Of a DNA stretch of 64,000 nt, positions 38,200-50,494 are shown in pieces; the first letter of the stretch is position 1, and each line of letters starts with the position of its first letter. The notes under the pieces are model-generated. The model ran no database searches and was not told the origin of the DNA. It was given only the letters and a program-made list of their open reading frames with translations. The stretch is from Octopus sinensis (Eukaryota): contig NC_042998.1 in the NCBI RefSeq assembly GCF_006345805.1, forward strand, positions 134,726,001-134,790,000. The letters run 5' to 3'. Made by a program: the position numbers and the translations under genes.

Positions 38200-38636
38200 T
38201 TTTATCATTATTTTATTGCCTTTGCACAGGTTCTAACGCTAGAGATGTACTACAGTGTCAGCTGTTCACTACCAGTGAACTAAGGTAACACCTCTTATTT
38301 TTCGAGCACTTTCCGGAGTATTCGAGCGGTTCCAAGCAGTGCTGTTTGCTGCAAGTGCTCCAACCTTATTGCAGCCCCTATTTGTTCTATGTACTTCTCA
38401 AGAATTTTACTCACTGTTCCCAGGGCTCTGACAATTATTGGTACTACAACCACCTTTTTCATCGACCACAACTTCTTTACCTCCCAAGCTAACCTGTCAT
38501 ATCTATCGACTATTCTTTCATCCTTATCGTATACCTTGTTGTCAGCTGGGCATCCTATATCTATAATCCAGCATAGTTTGCTTTCTTTCTCAATTAAGAC
38601 TATGTCTGGCTTCTTATTCCCTATCTCATGGTCGCA
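38200..38636 (-). mobile_element. R4/Dong-like RLE 3' fragment abutting the HYKK-B exon 1 acceptor
   Basis: Minus strand CDHEIGNKKPDIVLIEK...IIDIGCPAD...VVPIIVRALG...LLGTARILRKVLE. Confidence 0.8.
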
Positions 38637-38652
38637 TTATTTTCTCTTCAGA

Positions 38653-38917
38653 ATGACAAATTCTACGGATTGTGACACTATGAATCTAGTCAACTACAAA
38701 CCAATCGAATTGCCTGAACATATGATTGCTCAATTGCTTAAAGATCGATATGGAATGGAACTGATCGATTTTTCCGAACTCATCAGCTTCGATGATCGCA
38801 ATTACTTGGTCCATGTCACCAGTAAACATGATAACCCTTACGTTAAAAAAATCGACTCAAATGGATACCTGTTGAAAATCTTCAATGCGGAATTTTCGAA
38901 GAATGAAAATTTTTTCG
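38653..38917 (+). CDS. HYKK: HYKK-like copy B, first coding exon
   Basis: Acceptor ttctcttcag|A then ATG. LISFDDRNY and YLLKIFN resemble HYKK LPSYDDQNF and YVLKISN. Donor TTCG|GTAAAA, phase 1. Confidence 0.88.
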
Positions 38918-39360
38918 GTAAAATCTCTTGGTATTATTGACTTCTGTGTTCTAAAATAATTCAAACATGGCATCCACATGAAAAACAAATAATTTTGTAT
39001 TAACGCATTTAACGCACGAATAAATAAGTTGACTAGAAATATCTCTATAGGCTTGGACATGGCGCCATGGTTAATAAAAAGCTCGCTTTGCAACCATCTG
39101 GTTACAAGTTCAGTACCGAAATATGGCACCTTGAGCAAGTGTGTTAAGAGTCCCAAGCCGTTCTATACCTTGTGAGTGAATTTGGTAGATGAAAATTACG
39201 GGGAAGCCCATCGTAAATGTGTGTGTGTGTGTGTGCCTTTGACAAAAAATAAGTAATATTGTTGATTTGTTCGATTAAAATCCTTCAAGATGGTGTCTTA
39301 GCATGGCTGCCGTTCAACGACTGAAGCAAGTAAAAGAATATATATGTACATACACACGCT

Positions 39361-39423
<63 letters not shown>

Positions 39424-40364
39424 ATGTGTCTGCGATGTAATAGATTAATATGGTAAATAGCGAAAAGTTTGCGACGATGGCACTTACCTCCAGGTCAGCA
39501 CTGATCATACGAATCTATGATGAAATGTTTCGCAATCTTGAACGTCCATCTGTTGTATTTTGCAGATTCTATATCTTAAATTATATCATGTAATACATTT
39601 ATTTAAGACAGCAGTATGTGACTCAGAGGCGATTTAGCTGATATGTCTACTTCATCAAGTGACCACAAACAAACTCCTTTTGTTCACACAGTGTTGACAG
39701 GAAAGTAGTTTGTCAAACAATTATTTAGTCTTGATCCTGAACCTTCTGGGTTCAAATCTCACAAAGTTCAACTTCCTGATTGAGATCTACATTGAATCAA
39801 TACAGAACTTTCTATTAACAAGAACCAGTATTCTTGTTTAGATTCAATAATTCGTGTTAACTTTAACTGAAGAAGTGCAAATACTGTCAAAACACCTCGG
39901 AATCTCAAAGGCCCCTCACATCAACGAATTGTACATGTTATGAACACGCATTGACTAAATTGAAGAGATGTTCTCCGATGATTAAATACAACAGTGGTGA
40001 ACATATTTATATTCAAATCTTCCAGAACGCTTTAAGAAAGAATAGATACGTTATTGCTTAGATCCTTACTGATACAGAACTTACGTTTCCTAAAGATCAA
40101 CAACTTTATAATGGCGGATGATAATATATGAGAAAGCATCGTTCTATCTATGAAGAAGGCTTGTGTTCTGTCTACTAAGTCCAGGCGTACAGATTCTTCC
40201 CTGATCTCAGAGTAAAGAATTGTTTAAATAAGTTTTCCTGCCTTGGAAAAAGTTTTATAGATTACTTTATTATTTGTTGTAACAAATACAAGACTGAACA
40301 GCAAAACGAAAGATAAACTTTTGTTTCTGTATTCTAAATAGTATTTATTTCTTTGTATTGGCAG

Positions 40365-40472
40365 ACGGCTTCTATTCTTTAAGTGACCACATTCGCAAAA
40401 GTGGAGTATCAACACCAGAACGAATAACCAACATAAATGGCAACTTAATGTCCCTGGAGGAAATACCGACAG
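40365..40472 (+). CDS. HYKK: HYKK-like copy B, exon 2
   Basis: 108 bp with AG/GT boundaries. DGFYSLSDHIRKSGVSTPERITNINGNLMSLEEIPT. Confidence 0.85.
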
Positions 40473-41629
40473 GTATTTATCAGGCTAATTATTAAATCAA
40501 ATATTGTATTTTTGTTCTCTTATTTATTGTGTATACACTTCGGTGGTAGATATACAGAAGACAGATTGTGTGAGACATGTCCAAATCTTGTCATTGGCGA
40601 TAGAATGTAGACCGGTGAACATTGCAATCAACACAATATGCACTGAAGTAACTTGATAAGAAACTCCCGATCTAAGAGAAATGAGACACTGATGAAGCTC
40701 ACGCATTGGCAACTTAAGGTATTTTACATTAGATACGAGATGAAGAGATTATTTACATCTCATACATTAGATACGAGATGAAGAGGGATATGGATGTTTA
40801 TGACTGCATTTATTACATTTGATGGAAGTAGGGCAGCTGTGGCGAAATCGGAGAAATTGCTCTTCCTGGAAATAGGGCCCATTATCACATGATTTCAAAA
40901 ACTGAAACAGACTTCTACTTAGAGAAACAAACATTGAAGATACCACCCAATTCTTTAGAGAACCGTTTGAGCATAATGGCAAGGACAGTTAGGAACGGTT
41001 GCCTTATGATCGGAAAAGTTTCTTCATTTGGAATATAGAAAACATGTTTTTTTATCTTTAGAACTTCTTACTGCATTCTATTGTATTTACCAACCATACT
41101 TGCTTCATTATCACATTACTGTTCCCCGGCACTTCCTGAATTCCACTATACCAACTTAGATAGTGGCACCATCATGTACGTAAATGTCCATTGCTGTAGT
41201 TTTCCAGTTTAATAAAAACCTGTTGCAAAGCGTTTAACAGGTAAACACCTAAGTCATTAATATTTACGTACCAGCTTTCAGGAATGTGTTTAATATGTAA
41301 AATTAGTACATTCAATAACGTTACACCGCTGTATTTAATGGCTGTTTAAGCAATATGTTCGTGGGTGATTAAAGGGTTAGATATGTACTGATGAAGGAGC
41401 AAAACCTCCCGAGATATGGCTCATATGCCCATTACCCTTTTTTCATCTTCGCTTTCATTGTTTACATCTGACGTCTCGGATACGAAACGTCGTAACAAAA
41501 GACAGTGCAGGCTATAATTTCTATAGAACAGCTGTAGAAATAACCTTAACAAGTGATGTAAAAGCGCACTGATAACGCAGTATAACACGGTGTTGGTTTA
41601 TAAAAGCGTTTAATATACTTTATATTATA

Positions 41630-42141
41630 CTAGCAGTATCGCCCGGCGTTGCTCGGGTTTGTAAGGGAAATAACTATATAAGCATTTTTAGAGAGTTACT
41701 TCCCTTATAGATGCCAATTCGGGCTTTCTTAGCCATTTCTGTTTTGGTGTCTTCAAGCCATGGAGTCGTTGTTCTAAAAGAACACTGGTCTCCTTGACAA
41801 CGCTTTACGACGTTGATTTCCTTACACTCCCTTCCCCACAGCTTTACGAGGGAGGGGAGAAGGGGGAGAAGCAAACAGGTGCAGGTGTGACCATGGACGC
41901 CAACTCCGCCGCCATCGACAGACGAAAAATTATGCATTAAAATGGAATAAAAATGATGTTAAATTATTTTTAAAATCGTAGACTCATCGTAGACGCGTGC
42001 TAATACTCAGACGGGCTCGATATGAATCACGACTATAAGATACCCGAATTTGGTTAAACTGCACCGCAAAATGTGGGAGTAGTTAGGAATCTAAATCGAA
42101 GAGGACAGACACTCACACAACTACAGTTTTATATATATAGA
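41630..42141 (-). mobile_element. Non-autonomous Helitron
   Basis: Minus strand A|TCTATATATATAAAAC...hairpin CCCGAGCAACGCCGGG...CTAG|T, no TSD. Confidence 0.8.
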
Positions 42142-42271
42142 TATAGATATATTGGCCTGCTCGCTTAGCCAGCGGGGTGGCGTCGTTCGAAGGCTAAAAC
42201 AATGCGAACGCATTGTGACCAGCGATGTGTAGCAACATCTGATGGTCTGGTCGGTCACGTGATCACGTGAT

Positions 42272-42323
<52 letters not shown>

Positions 42324-42376
42324 TATACATGTATATACATATATATATATGTATATGCATTTTTCAGAGCATTTTT

Positions 42377-42490
42377 CCGATGGCTGGATTTCCACCTTGG
42401 TATCCGAAACTCGGAGTTTTATCATGGCTACCGAATAATTGTCACATATTATATTTACAGATGAATTCCTCTATTTACATAATATTTACA
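42377..42490 (+). repeat. Relic pLTR related to the Neptune pLTR, with HHR 3' half
   Basis: ...GGATTTCCAC...ATCCGAAACTCGGAGTTTTATC...GAATTCCTCTATTTACATAAT resembles 55833-55945. Confidence 0.6.
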
Positions 42491-43209
42491 TAATATCAAC
42501 TACATAAAAGTTGATCCGTACTCTTCAGAGTTTTTAGGACTTTGAATTGAAATAGGAATTCGTCAGAAGCTAGTATTGCACTTGAAGAACAATAATCACA
42601 GCCAGTTTTGGAGATCATACTATCCATTTCTGATTGTGTATTTCACCATTTATTTTCTGATCTGAAAATAACTATTCAAAGTATATCTGCCTTGATGTTT
42701 AGTTTTAAAATAGGAATTGTTTCCGTGCTGACACCCTTAAGGAGCCTCAACTATTATATACAATGTGTGAGTTCATCCTTGGTTAATGAGTTCATCTTTA
42801 TTAACTAAAATCATTGAGTTTTGTGAATTTCGTTTCATTCGTAAATGTTGGCTCTGTATCACTTCCAGTATTTCCTCAACTTAGATGCCTGGGCCTATTG
42901 TCTCAGTAGCTGTGGCACTGAGTTATGGATGTTTGGGACCTAGCTTTGGGCTTGTGGATCTGTACAAGTTCCCGGGGTACAAATATCTGTTATGTGTTGG
43001 TACTACTTTAAAGTTGTTTCACAAGTTACAGATTTTTTTCTTTTCTATTGGCCGCTCCGATATGTACTCTTCACTGTAAGCCTGAAAATGTTGAAAATTT
43101 AATCTTCAAATATTACTTCGTACTATTTAATATTTTAGGCTTTCTTGTTTTATGTTTAATAACATTATAGAAGAAAACAAAAGAATGAGATTTAAATTAT
43201 TTAACATTA

Positions 43210-44920
43210 TCTAGTCTCTATATATAAAACTGAAATGCGTTTGGACCGTTTGGATCGCTTTCAAGGCCACTACATCCAGTCGGATTGACTCCAAAATTTA
43301 CAGGGACATGTAAAATGAGGTGACGACGCCCGTGGGCTACCTTAGAAATCCCTATCTTAAAAGGTGTCGTTGCTAGGGCCAAAAACCCACTTTGACAAGT
43401 CCACTCCCGTTCTTTTACGTATCTGTCTTCCTCACTCACGCTATTTCCTCCATTCCCTTCAGTTTCCCTTTATAAGTTCGTCAAACGGCGTTCTTTATCT
43501 CGCTGTCTGCATTCATAGAGAGAATTATCATCGCCACCAACAACACACAATCATGAGAACAAATATTATGAATCAGATATTTCTTGCGTTCATTTATATG
43601 TGTGTGTGTGTGTTCTATATATAAATAGTATATATAATGTATATTACAAAGTGTATATATCTGTATTTATGTATATTAAACTTTTTAATACTTTTTCATA
43701 GTTATATATATTTTTAACAAATTATAAAAATAATTAAAAAATTTTTATTTTAAATTTAAATAATTTAAATTTTTCAATTTTATATTTTATATATTTTCTA
43801 TATTATATTTTATTTTTATGTTTTTGTTTTTGGTTTTTCACTGTTTGATTTGCCTATTAGTGGTTTTATCTCTAATTTAATTTATACATATACTAGCTGA
43901 AGGTGACCCGCTCTACGCGCGGGTAAGAGTGTGGTTGTTACTTTCTGTTGCTTCCTTTCAGCACGTAAAAAGCACCATCCGAACGTGACCGATTGCAGCG
44001 CCGCCTTGACTGGCTTCTGTGCTGGTGGCACGTAAAAAGCACCAACCGATCGTTGCCGCTGCCAGCCCCCCTGGCACCTGTGCCGGCGGCACGAAAATAG
44101 CACCCACTACACTCACAGAGTGGTTGGCGTTAGGAAGGTCATCCACATGTAGAAACACTGCCAGATCAGCCTGGTGCAGCCTCCTGGCTTCCCAGGCCCC
44201 GGTCAAACTGTCCAACCCGTGCTAGCACGGAAAACGGACGTTAAACGATGATGATGATGATGATTCTCCCTCTGTGTTTCTCTCTCCTTTCTCTCTCACT
44301 TTCCCACTCTCTTAATTTTCTTTTCTCTCGGACTCTCCCTCGCTTTCTCTTACTCTCTATCTTTATCTATCTCTCTCCCATTTATAAACAACAAAAGATC
44401 TTGATTAAGTTGAGAAATAAAATATTTTGAAAGATCAATCATAAATATCAGGCAGTTGCAACGGAAAGGTCTGCTTCAAGGCAGACAGCAAAACGCTAAC
44501 ATTTAAAAGGGACAGACGAACTTGCGAGCTGAATAAAAATAATAAAATATTGGAAACCAAAGTTTGAAGGGATAGAATGTGAGGATAGTAGAGTCACCAT
44601 GGCTGGCATTTCTTAACGACGGACAGCAACGTATCGACAGTTTAACGGCTGGCGTAAAATTTTGAACTTGATGTAAAAGAAAATTCGTAAACACCAAGTT
44701 TTGAAGTGATTCTTTCTCACGACAGTAGACTCACCATGGCAATTTTCAATTTAAATAATTTTAATTTTTCAATTTTATATTTTCTATATTTTCTATATTA
44801 TATTTTAAAAAAAATTTTGTTTTTGGTTTTTCAGTTTGATTTGCCTATTAGTGGTTTTATCTCTAATTTTATTTATACAGATATATATCTCATTGTATAC
44901 ATTTGTATATATAATGCGTG

Positions 44921-44956
<36 letters not shown>

Positions 44957-44962
44957 TATATA

Positions 44963-45003
<41 letters not shown>

Positions 45004-47042
45004 GGTGCATTACGTAGTCGGTCGATTCAGCTGAAAATATGCACACCTATGTTAAAAGTGCTGGCAAGTTTGCATGACAACTATTTTTTTCCTCAAATGA
45101 AAGGCGTGACCTCTAGGACAAAATTCCTCATCTTATAAAATGTGGCCCCAGTAGACCGAATGAAATCGGGTTATATTAACCAAAATGTGAAAAGGTGTCT
45201 AAATGGGGCTGGAAGGGGATTAAAATTTAAAGGAGCGAGTGTTTAGGAATTCTCTGTTACATCAAGCTAAAAAATTTGCGCCAGCCTTTTAATCGTCAAT
45301 TGTGTTGCCGTCCATGATAAAGAAGTTTTGAATGCTTGCCATGGTGAGTCTACTGTCGTGAGAAAGAATCACTTCAAAACTTGGTGTTTACGAATTTTCT
45401 TTTACATCAAGTTCAAAATTTTACGCCAGCCGTTAAACTGTCATACGTTGCTGTCCGTCGTTAAGAAATGCCAGCCATGGTGACTCTACTATCCTCACAT
45501 TCTATCCCTTCAAACTTTGGTTTCCAATATTTTATTATTTTTATTCAGCTCGCAAGTTCGTCTGTCCCTTTTAAATGTTAGCGTTTTGCTGTCTGCCTTG
45601 AAGCAGACCTTTCCGTTGCAACTGCCTGATATTTATGATTGATCTTTCAAAATATTCTATTTCTCAACTTACTCAAGATCTTTAGTTGTTTATAAATGGG
45701 AGAGAGATAGATAAAGATAGAGAGTAAGAGAAAGCGAGGGAGAGTCCGAGAGAAAAGAAAAGTAAGAGAGTGGGAAAGTGAGAGAGAAAGGAGAGAGAAA
45801 CACAGAGGGAGAATCATCATCATCATCATCGTTTAACGTCCGTTTTCCGTGCTAGCACGGGTTGGACAGTTTGACCGGGGTCTGGGAAGCCAGGAGGCTG
45901 CACCAGGCTCCAGTCTGATCTGGCAGTGTTTCTACATGTGGATGACCTTCCTAACGCCAACCACTCTGTGAGTGTAGTGGGTGCTATTTTCGTGCCGTCG
46001 GCACAGGTGCCAGGGGGGCTGGCAGCGGCAACGATCGGTTGGTGCTTTTACGTGCCACCGGCACAGAAGCCAGTCAAGGCGGCGCTGCAATCGGTCACGT
46101 TCGGATGGTGCTTTTTACATGCTGAAAGGAAGCAACAGAAAGTAACAACCACACTCTTACCCGCGCGTAGTGCGGGTCACCTTCAGCTAGTCTTCTACCT
46201 ATATAAAAGAAGAAAAAAACTTGCACACTTTGGCTTTGGTAAGGATTCAATGGCACTAGAGGTGCTAGAATCGAGCTGAAAATTTATACACCTATAGAAG
46301 GCGTGGTGTAGTTACGGCCAGAGTAGGTTTCAAGTCTCTATCTCGATAACAAAGGCCCGAAACAATGCATTTTCTGCGAGTGATTGGATGTCATGCACTA
46401 TTGCCTTGAGTTGTGTTCACGCAACATGTTGGATTCTACGCGTGTTTGCGCGAATGCAACGGAAAAATGGGGCGAAAATACGTTCAATTTTTGAGTTTTT
46501 CGAAAAACAAAATATGAGCATTATACGTAGAAAAATTTCCTGAATCGATTGGAACAAGTTTGAATTCTCTAGCTTGAAAAATGCAAATTCTAGCAGTTTT
46601 GAGTGTGCCTTTTTAAGGAGTTCTCAGTTGAAAATGGTGTCAAAAAATAGTCTATATACATAAAGCTGAAGTTGTCTGTGTGTAGCAGGTTTGGTAGCCT
46701 TCAACTAACACTATCTCCTCCGAGACCCTGCGGCGCAAGTTGACCAAAATTGAGAGTATGATAGAAGAAGGCTTGCTCTTCCTTCTGTAGAAGATAAAAA
46801 TTCAAATCGGACCATGTTAAAATCAAGAATTATTTACATCAAAAAGCTGCTTTTTTTTCTATAAAAATCCCTATTTTTTACGATTTTTTGACAGCTGTGT
46901 CGCCATTTTTCGGTGTATTTCAACCAGAAAAATGTTCACTTAAAGAGAAAAACAAGCTACATAATGCAAACTTTTTACTTTTCAAAAATTCCAATTCTAA
47001 AGAGTCGAAACAAACCCGAGCAACGCCGGGCGATACTGCTAG
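43210..47042 (+). mobile_element. Composite serial Helitron insertion (units 43210-46190, 46191-46650, 46651-47042)
   Basis: The paralog empty site AACATTA|TTTGTAAT near 2600 shows an A|T insertion with a TC start and CTAG end. Internal junctions are CTAG|TC and ATAG|TC. Hairpins precede CTAG at 46190 and 47042. Confidence 0.82.
43893..46190. repeat. Inverted repeat with about 850-bp arms (43893-44740 and about 45335-46190)
   Basis: Near-identical arms, each containing a Helitron 3' end and an embedded RTE-tail repeat. Confidence 0.9.
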
Positions 47043-47406
47043 TTTGTAATATAACGACAAACTTCTATTGTTGTTTTCGTCGTCGTTATTGTTGTTGTTG
47101 CTGGTGGTGGTGGTGGTGGTGGTGGTGACGGCTGCGGTGATGGTAGTGGCGGTGGTGGGGTTCGGTGTTATTGTTGTTGGTGGTGGAAGGCAGTGATGCC
47201 GTCGCCGTCTCAGTCGTTAGACTTATGTTGCAAATTATTCTGCTTGCATTCACAATTACATTACGTTCCAAAATGTTTCTGAAATGCAACGCCACTATTA
47301 CTATTATCACACCAGGGTAGTAGCTATTTAGTCCCCCCCCCCCTGTCGTACATGTTTACAACAACAACTACTACTACTACAACTGGTTGCTCATTTCATG
47401 TTGTAG

Positions 47407-47558
47407 ATACGAACAACATTGCTACCAGTAGAACCTTGCAACACATGGTTATACTTCAGACATTTCTTCCCGGAGTAGTCATTAGCAAAGTTCCAATGGT
47501 GCCAAGTCTCCTTTATCAATTTGGGAAGCTAATTGGCTCCATACACAATTCATTAAAG
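47407..47558 (+). CDS. HYKK: HYKK-like copy B, exon 3
   Basis: 152 bp with AG/GT boundaries, paralogous to 2977-3128. Confidence 0.9.
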
Positions 47559-47597
47559 GTAAGTTTTATTTATTTATTTGTTCATTTATTATTATAT

Positions 47598-47789
47598 TTC
47601 TATATTTAAGAGACGAGGAATTATGTACACCATTTACATTATTTACATTTGACAACTATTTGTCCTCATCTTGTTTGTTGCTAACACAACGTTTCGGCTG
47701 ATATACCCTCCAGCCTTCATCAGGTGTCTTGTGGAAATTTCGAACTTGGGTCCTTATTCCTAAGGTATTTTTCGATGTCGTTGTTGTTG

Positions 47790-47861
<72 letters not shown>

Positions 47862-47935
47862 GGGTCACTGCTCGCAATCGAACTCGGAATCTTGGGGTTA
47901 GTAGCCAGCGCTCTTAACCACTACGCCATATGCCC
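47598..47935 (-). mobile_element. tRNA-head, (AAT)n and HHR-tail SINE-like unit (left arm of palindrome)
   Basis: Minus strand A box TGGCGTAGTGG, B box GAGTTCGATT, (AAT)n, then the HHR. Confidence 0.75.
47683..47728 (-). ncRNA. Minimal type I hammerhead ribozyme
   Basis: GACAC-CUGAUGA-A-GGCUG-(10 nt)-CAGCC-GAAA-CG-UU-GUGUU. Palindromic stem III AACGUU, GUU site. Confidence 0.8.
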
Positions 47936-47951
47936 GTAGCGGTTAAGAGTA

Positions 47952-48034
47952 CCATATGGCGTAGTGGTTAAGAGTGCGGCCTACTAACCCCAAGATTCTG
48001 AGTCCGATTCCAGGCAGTGACCTGAATAATAATA

Positions 48035-48090
<56 letters not shown>

Positions 48091-48259
48091 TCGAAAAATA
48101 CCTTACGAATGAGAACCTAGATTCGAAATTTCGCCAAGACACCTGATGAAGGCTGGAGTGTATATCAGCTGAAACGTTGTGTTAACAACAAACAAGATGA
48201 GGACAAATATCTGTCAAATGTAAATAATGTACATAATTCCTCGTCTCTTAAATATAGAA
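47952..48259 (+). mobile_element. tRNA-head, (AAT)n and HHR-tail SINE-like unit (right arm)
   Basis: A box 47957-47967, B-like GAGTCCGATTCC 48000-48011, tail ...CATAATTCCTCGTCTCTTAAATATAGAA. Confidence 0.75.
48138..48183 (+). ncRNA. Minimal type I hammerhead ribozyme (sense to HYKK-B)
   Basis: GACAC-CUGAUGA-A-GGCUG-GAGUGUAUAU-CAGCU-GAAA-CG-UU-GUGUU. Predicted cleavage after 48178. Confidence 0.78.
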
Positions 48260-48261
48260 CT

Positions 48262-48690
48262 GTATTAAGTTGGGTTTTTTTTTAGTTTTGTCAATGATTT
48301 ATGTTGCGCTTTGGTTAAGTTTGGTATTATTTTCGATTTCTTCCGTAAGATGTTGGAGATAGACTGTTTCAGCCTGGATGGTTTGTGGTTGAGTTCTCGG
48401 TTGGTTGGGGGTGGTGGAGTGGCTGGTCTAGTTGGTATGTGAGAAATTTGCCGAGTGTGTTGCTGTTGTTGTTCTTTATCACCGATAGCCATTTGAGTTG
48501 ACAGGCTGTTCGGCAAAAGTTAGCTTCCAGGTCGAATAAGATGTTTTCGTTCGGCTCTTAACTCAAGATAAGTTTAGGGTGCAGACTGAGAAGTTCTAGT
48601 TCTTCATGGGAGAGTGACCCACTCAAGTGTGTCACTAGGGATTTCGTTGTCGATGGTGTGCTGACGTCCTCGATGTTATAGTTATCTCGT
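48262..48690 (-). mobile_element. PLE ORF N-terminal fragment
   Basis: LSHEELELLSLHPK...LFDLEANFCR and PNLTKAQHKSLTKLKKNP resemble PLE pre-RT regions. Confidence 0.55.
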
Positions 48691-48694
48691 TCGG

Positions 48695-49330
48695 TGGATG
48701 TGCCCTTTTCATTTGCGTCGGTATAATAGTCTGTGTTGTGTCCGTATTTGGTACAAAGCCACAGGAAACCACTGCAAACAAGAACGTGTCCAACTGGTGA
48801 TTATACGGCGCATGTTAGGCCAGAAGAAACGGGCTGTAATGAGTTTTACCGTGGCGGCTATGCCGGATGCGACAAGGAATGAAGAGCATCGAAAACGGTA
48901 CGCTGATGACGATGTGGAAGAAGCGGTCTAGGTGAGCCGGTGGAGATGTCACAAAGGATTCGTCCTTCAACAGACGGAAGAGCTAAGTATTCAAATCTGC
49001 AACAGAAATATTGGTTGGAAGAAGTGTCCAAAGAGTCCAAAGAAGGTTGGTCTGTGGCAATAGCAACCAAATCGATGTGTGCAGGAGACGAAAGTGAACA
49101 CACAGGAAGTGCATCAGCAGGTATGTTTGCAGATCCGGCTATATAACGAATGTCGCTGGTATATTGCGAGATGAAATCCAAGTGTCTGTATGTCCTCGGT
49201 GAGTATTTATCAGACTCGGACTGAAGAGCGAATGTAAGAGGTTTATGATCTGTGAATATCGTTAACTCCGACCTTCTAGAAGATGGCGGAAGTATCTCAC
49301 AGCAAGATAAACTGCTAAGAGCTCTCAGTA
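48695..49330 (-). mobile_element. Ty3/Gypsy pol fragment (RNase H end and integrase zinc-binding region)
   Basis: IFTDHKPL...LDFISQYTSDIRYIAGSANIPADAL...VFDALHSLSHP...FFWPNM. Confidence 0.85.
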
Positions 49331-49398
49331 ACGCTGTTCTGTTGGCTTGACTTGACGTGAGAAAAAAGCAGGTGGTTGAGATTTCTGGTTGATGATGT

Positions 49399-49766
49399 GG
49401 GATCTTTTCAGTTTGAAGGCCAGATTTTCCTAGTTAACTAAACAATTTGAAACTTCGTATACTGGTAGAATGTGTCAAAAGAAAACATAATTGTAAACCA
49501 AAATGAAAACGGAATTGTAATTTCTAAGTTTAACGTTGTTTAATAATTCGAATTTTAACCAATGGCATTCTTTCTTTCGACTTCATATTATTTACTGCCT
49601 CTCAAAATATTGTTACTGTGACGTAAACAGCTATTTTGTGACGTAGTTAACGTAAACATGTAAATAGCTAACATGTAAACATCTCCGCTTATCGTAAACT
49701 TCGTGGAGTATATATAAAATTGTGTAGATCCTAAATAGCTACACACACATGTATACAAACATATGC

Positions 49767-49841
<75 letters not shown>

Positions 49842-50044
49842 CTATACACACATATTCTAATGCATATGCATATATGTGTATATATTTATAATGTGTGTGT
49901 ATTATATAGATGCATACATTTTTGTCAAAAAAACTAGTTGAAATTATTGTTTTCTTTTGACACATTCTCTACCAGACGAAGTTTCAAATTATTTAGTTAA
50001 CTAGAAAAATCTGAAAAATCTGGCTTTCAAAATGAAAAGATTCA
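49399..50044. mobile_element. TGGATC-family MITE, degenerate, no TSD visible
   Basis: GATCTTTTCA...TGAAAAGATT termini and the shared subterminal AAACTTCGTATACTGGTAGAATGTGT. Confidence 0.7.
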
Positions 50045-50494
50045 AACGAACTGTTGTCGCTAAAGTGTCCAAAATTTGGGTAATTTAAGAATTAAGGAAG
50101 CTATTCTCATAGACAGACTAGGCCCCCAAATCAACAACAGGCTGGAGCTTGGCAGTCAATATATTCTCTAGCTACATCTGGATGCGTGTAGGTTTTTTTT
50201 TTATATGTTCATGTATTATTTATTTTAAAAAAGGGGAAAGAGAAAAGGAAAGGAGAAAAAAGGAAGGAAAAAGAGGAAACTGCTCGTATAATACGTAACT
50301 TATAAGCAGCACACACAAGCCTGAGACATGGCCGCACTCACGCACTTCTCACGAAGAATTTCGGGAGGAGCTTCGTGATACCAGTGCAGACACACTTCCG
50401 GGGAAAGAAAAAGAGAGTGGGGGATAAAAGAAAAAGAAAAAGGAAAAAGCAGTTGGAAAATCAATTGAAGCAGTGATTCGATCAATCCTTAGGC

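Noticed and set aside
38389-38652. N-terminal 88 aa of the 183-aa ORF as part of HYKK
   Set aside because: This is the antisense of an RLE LINE fragment. A clear acceptor precedes the ATG at 38653.
41380-41500. CTGATGA-AGGAG...CTCC-CGAGA and CTGACG...GAAACGTC hammerhead-like strings
   Set aside because: Core nucleotides or stem I are missing. At most these are decayed relics.
42155-42270. Possible HDV-like ribozyme (GGCTAAGCGAG)
   Set aside because: A P2 pairing can be drawn but no P1 partner was found.
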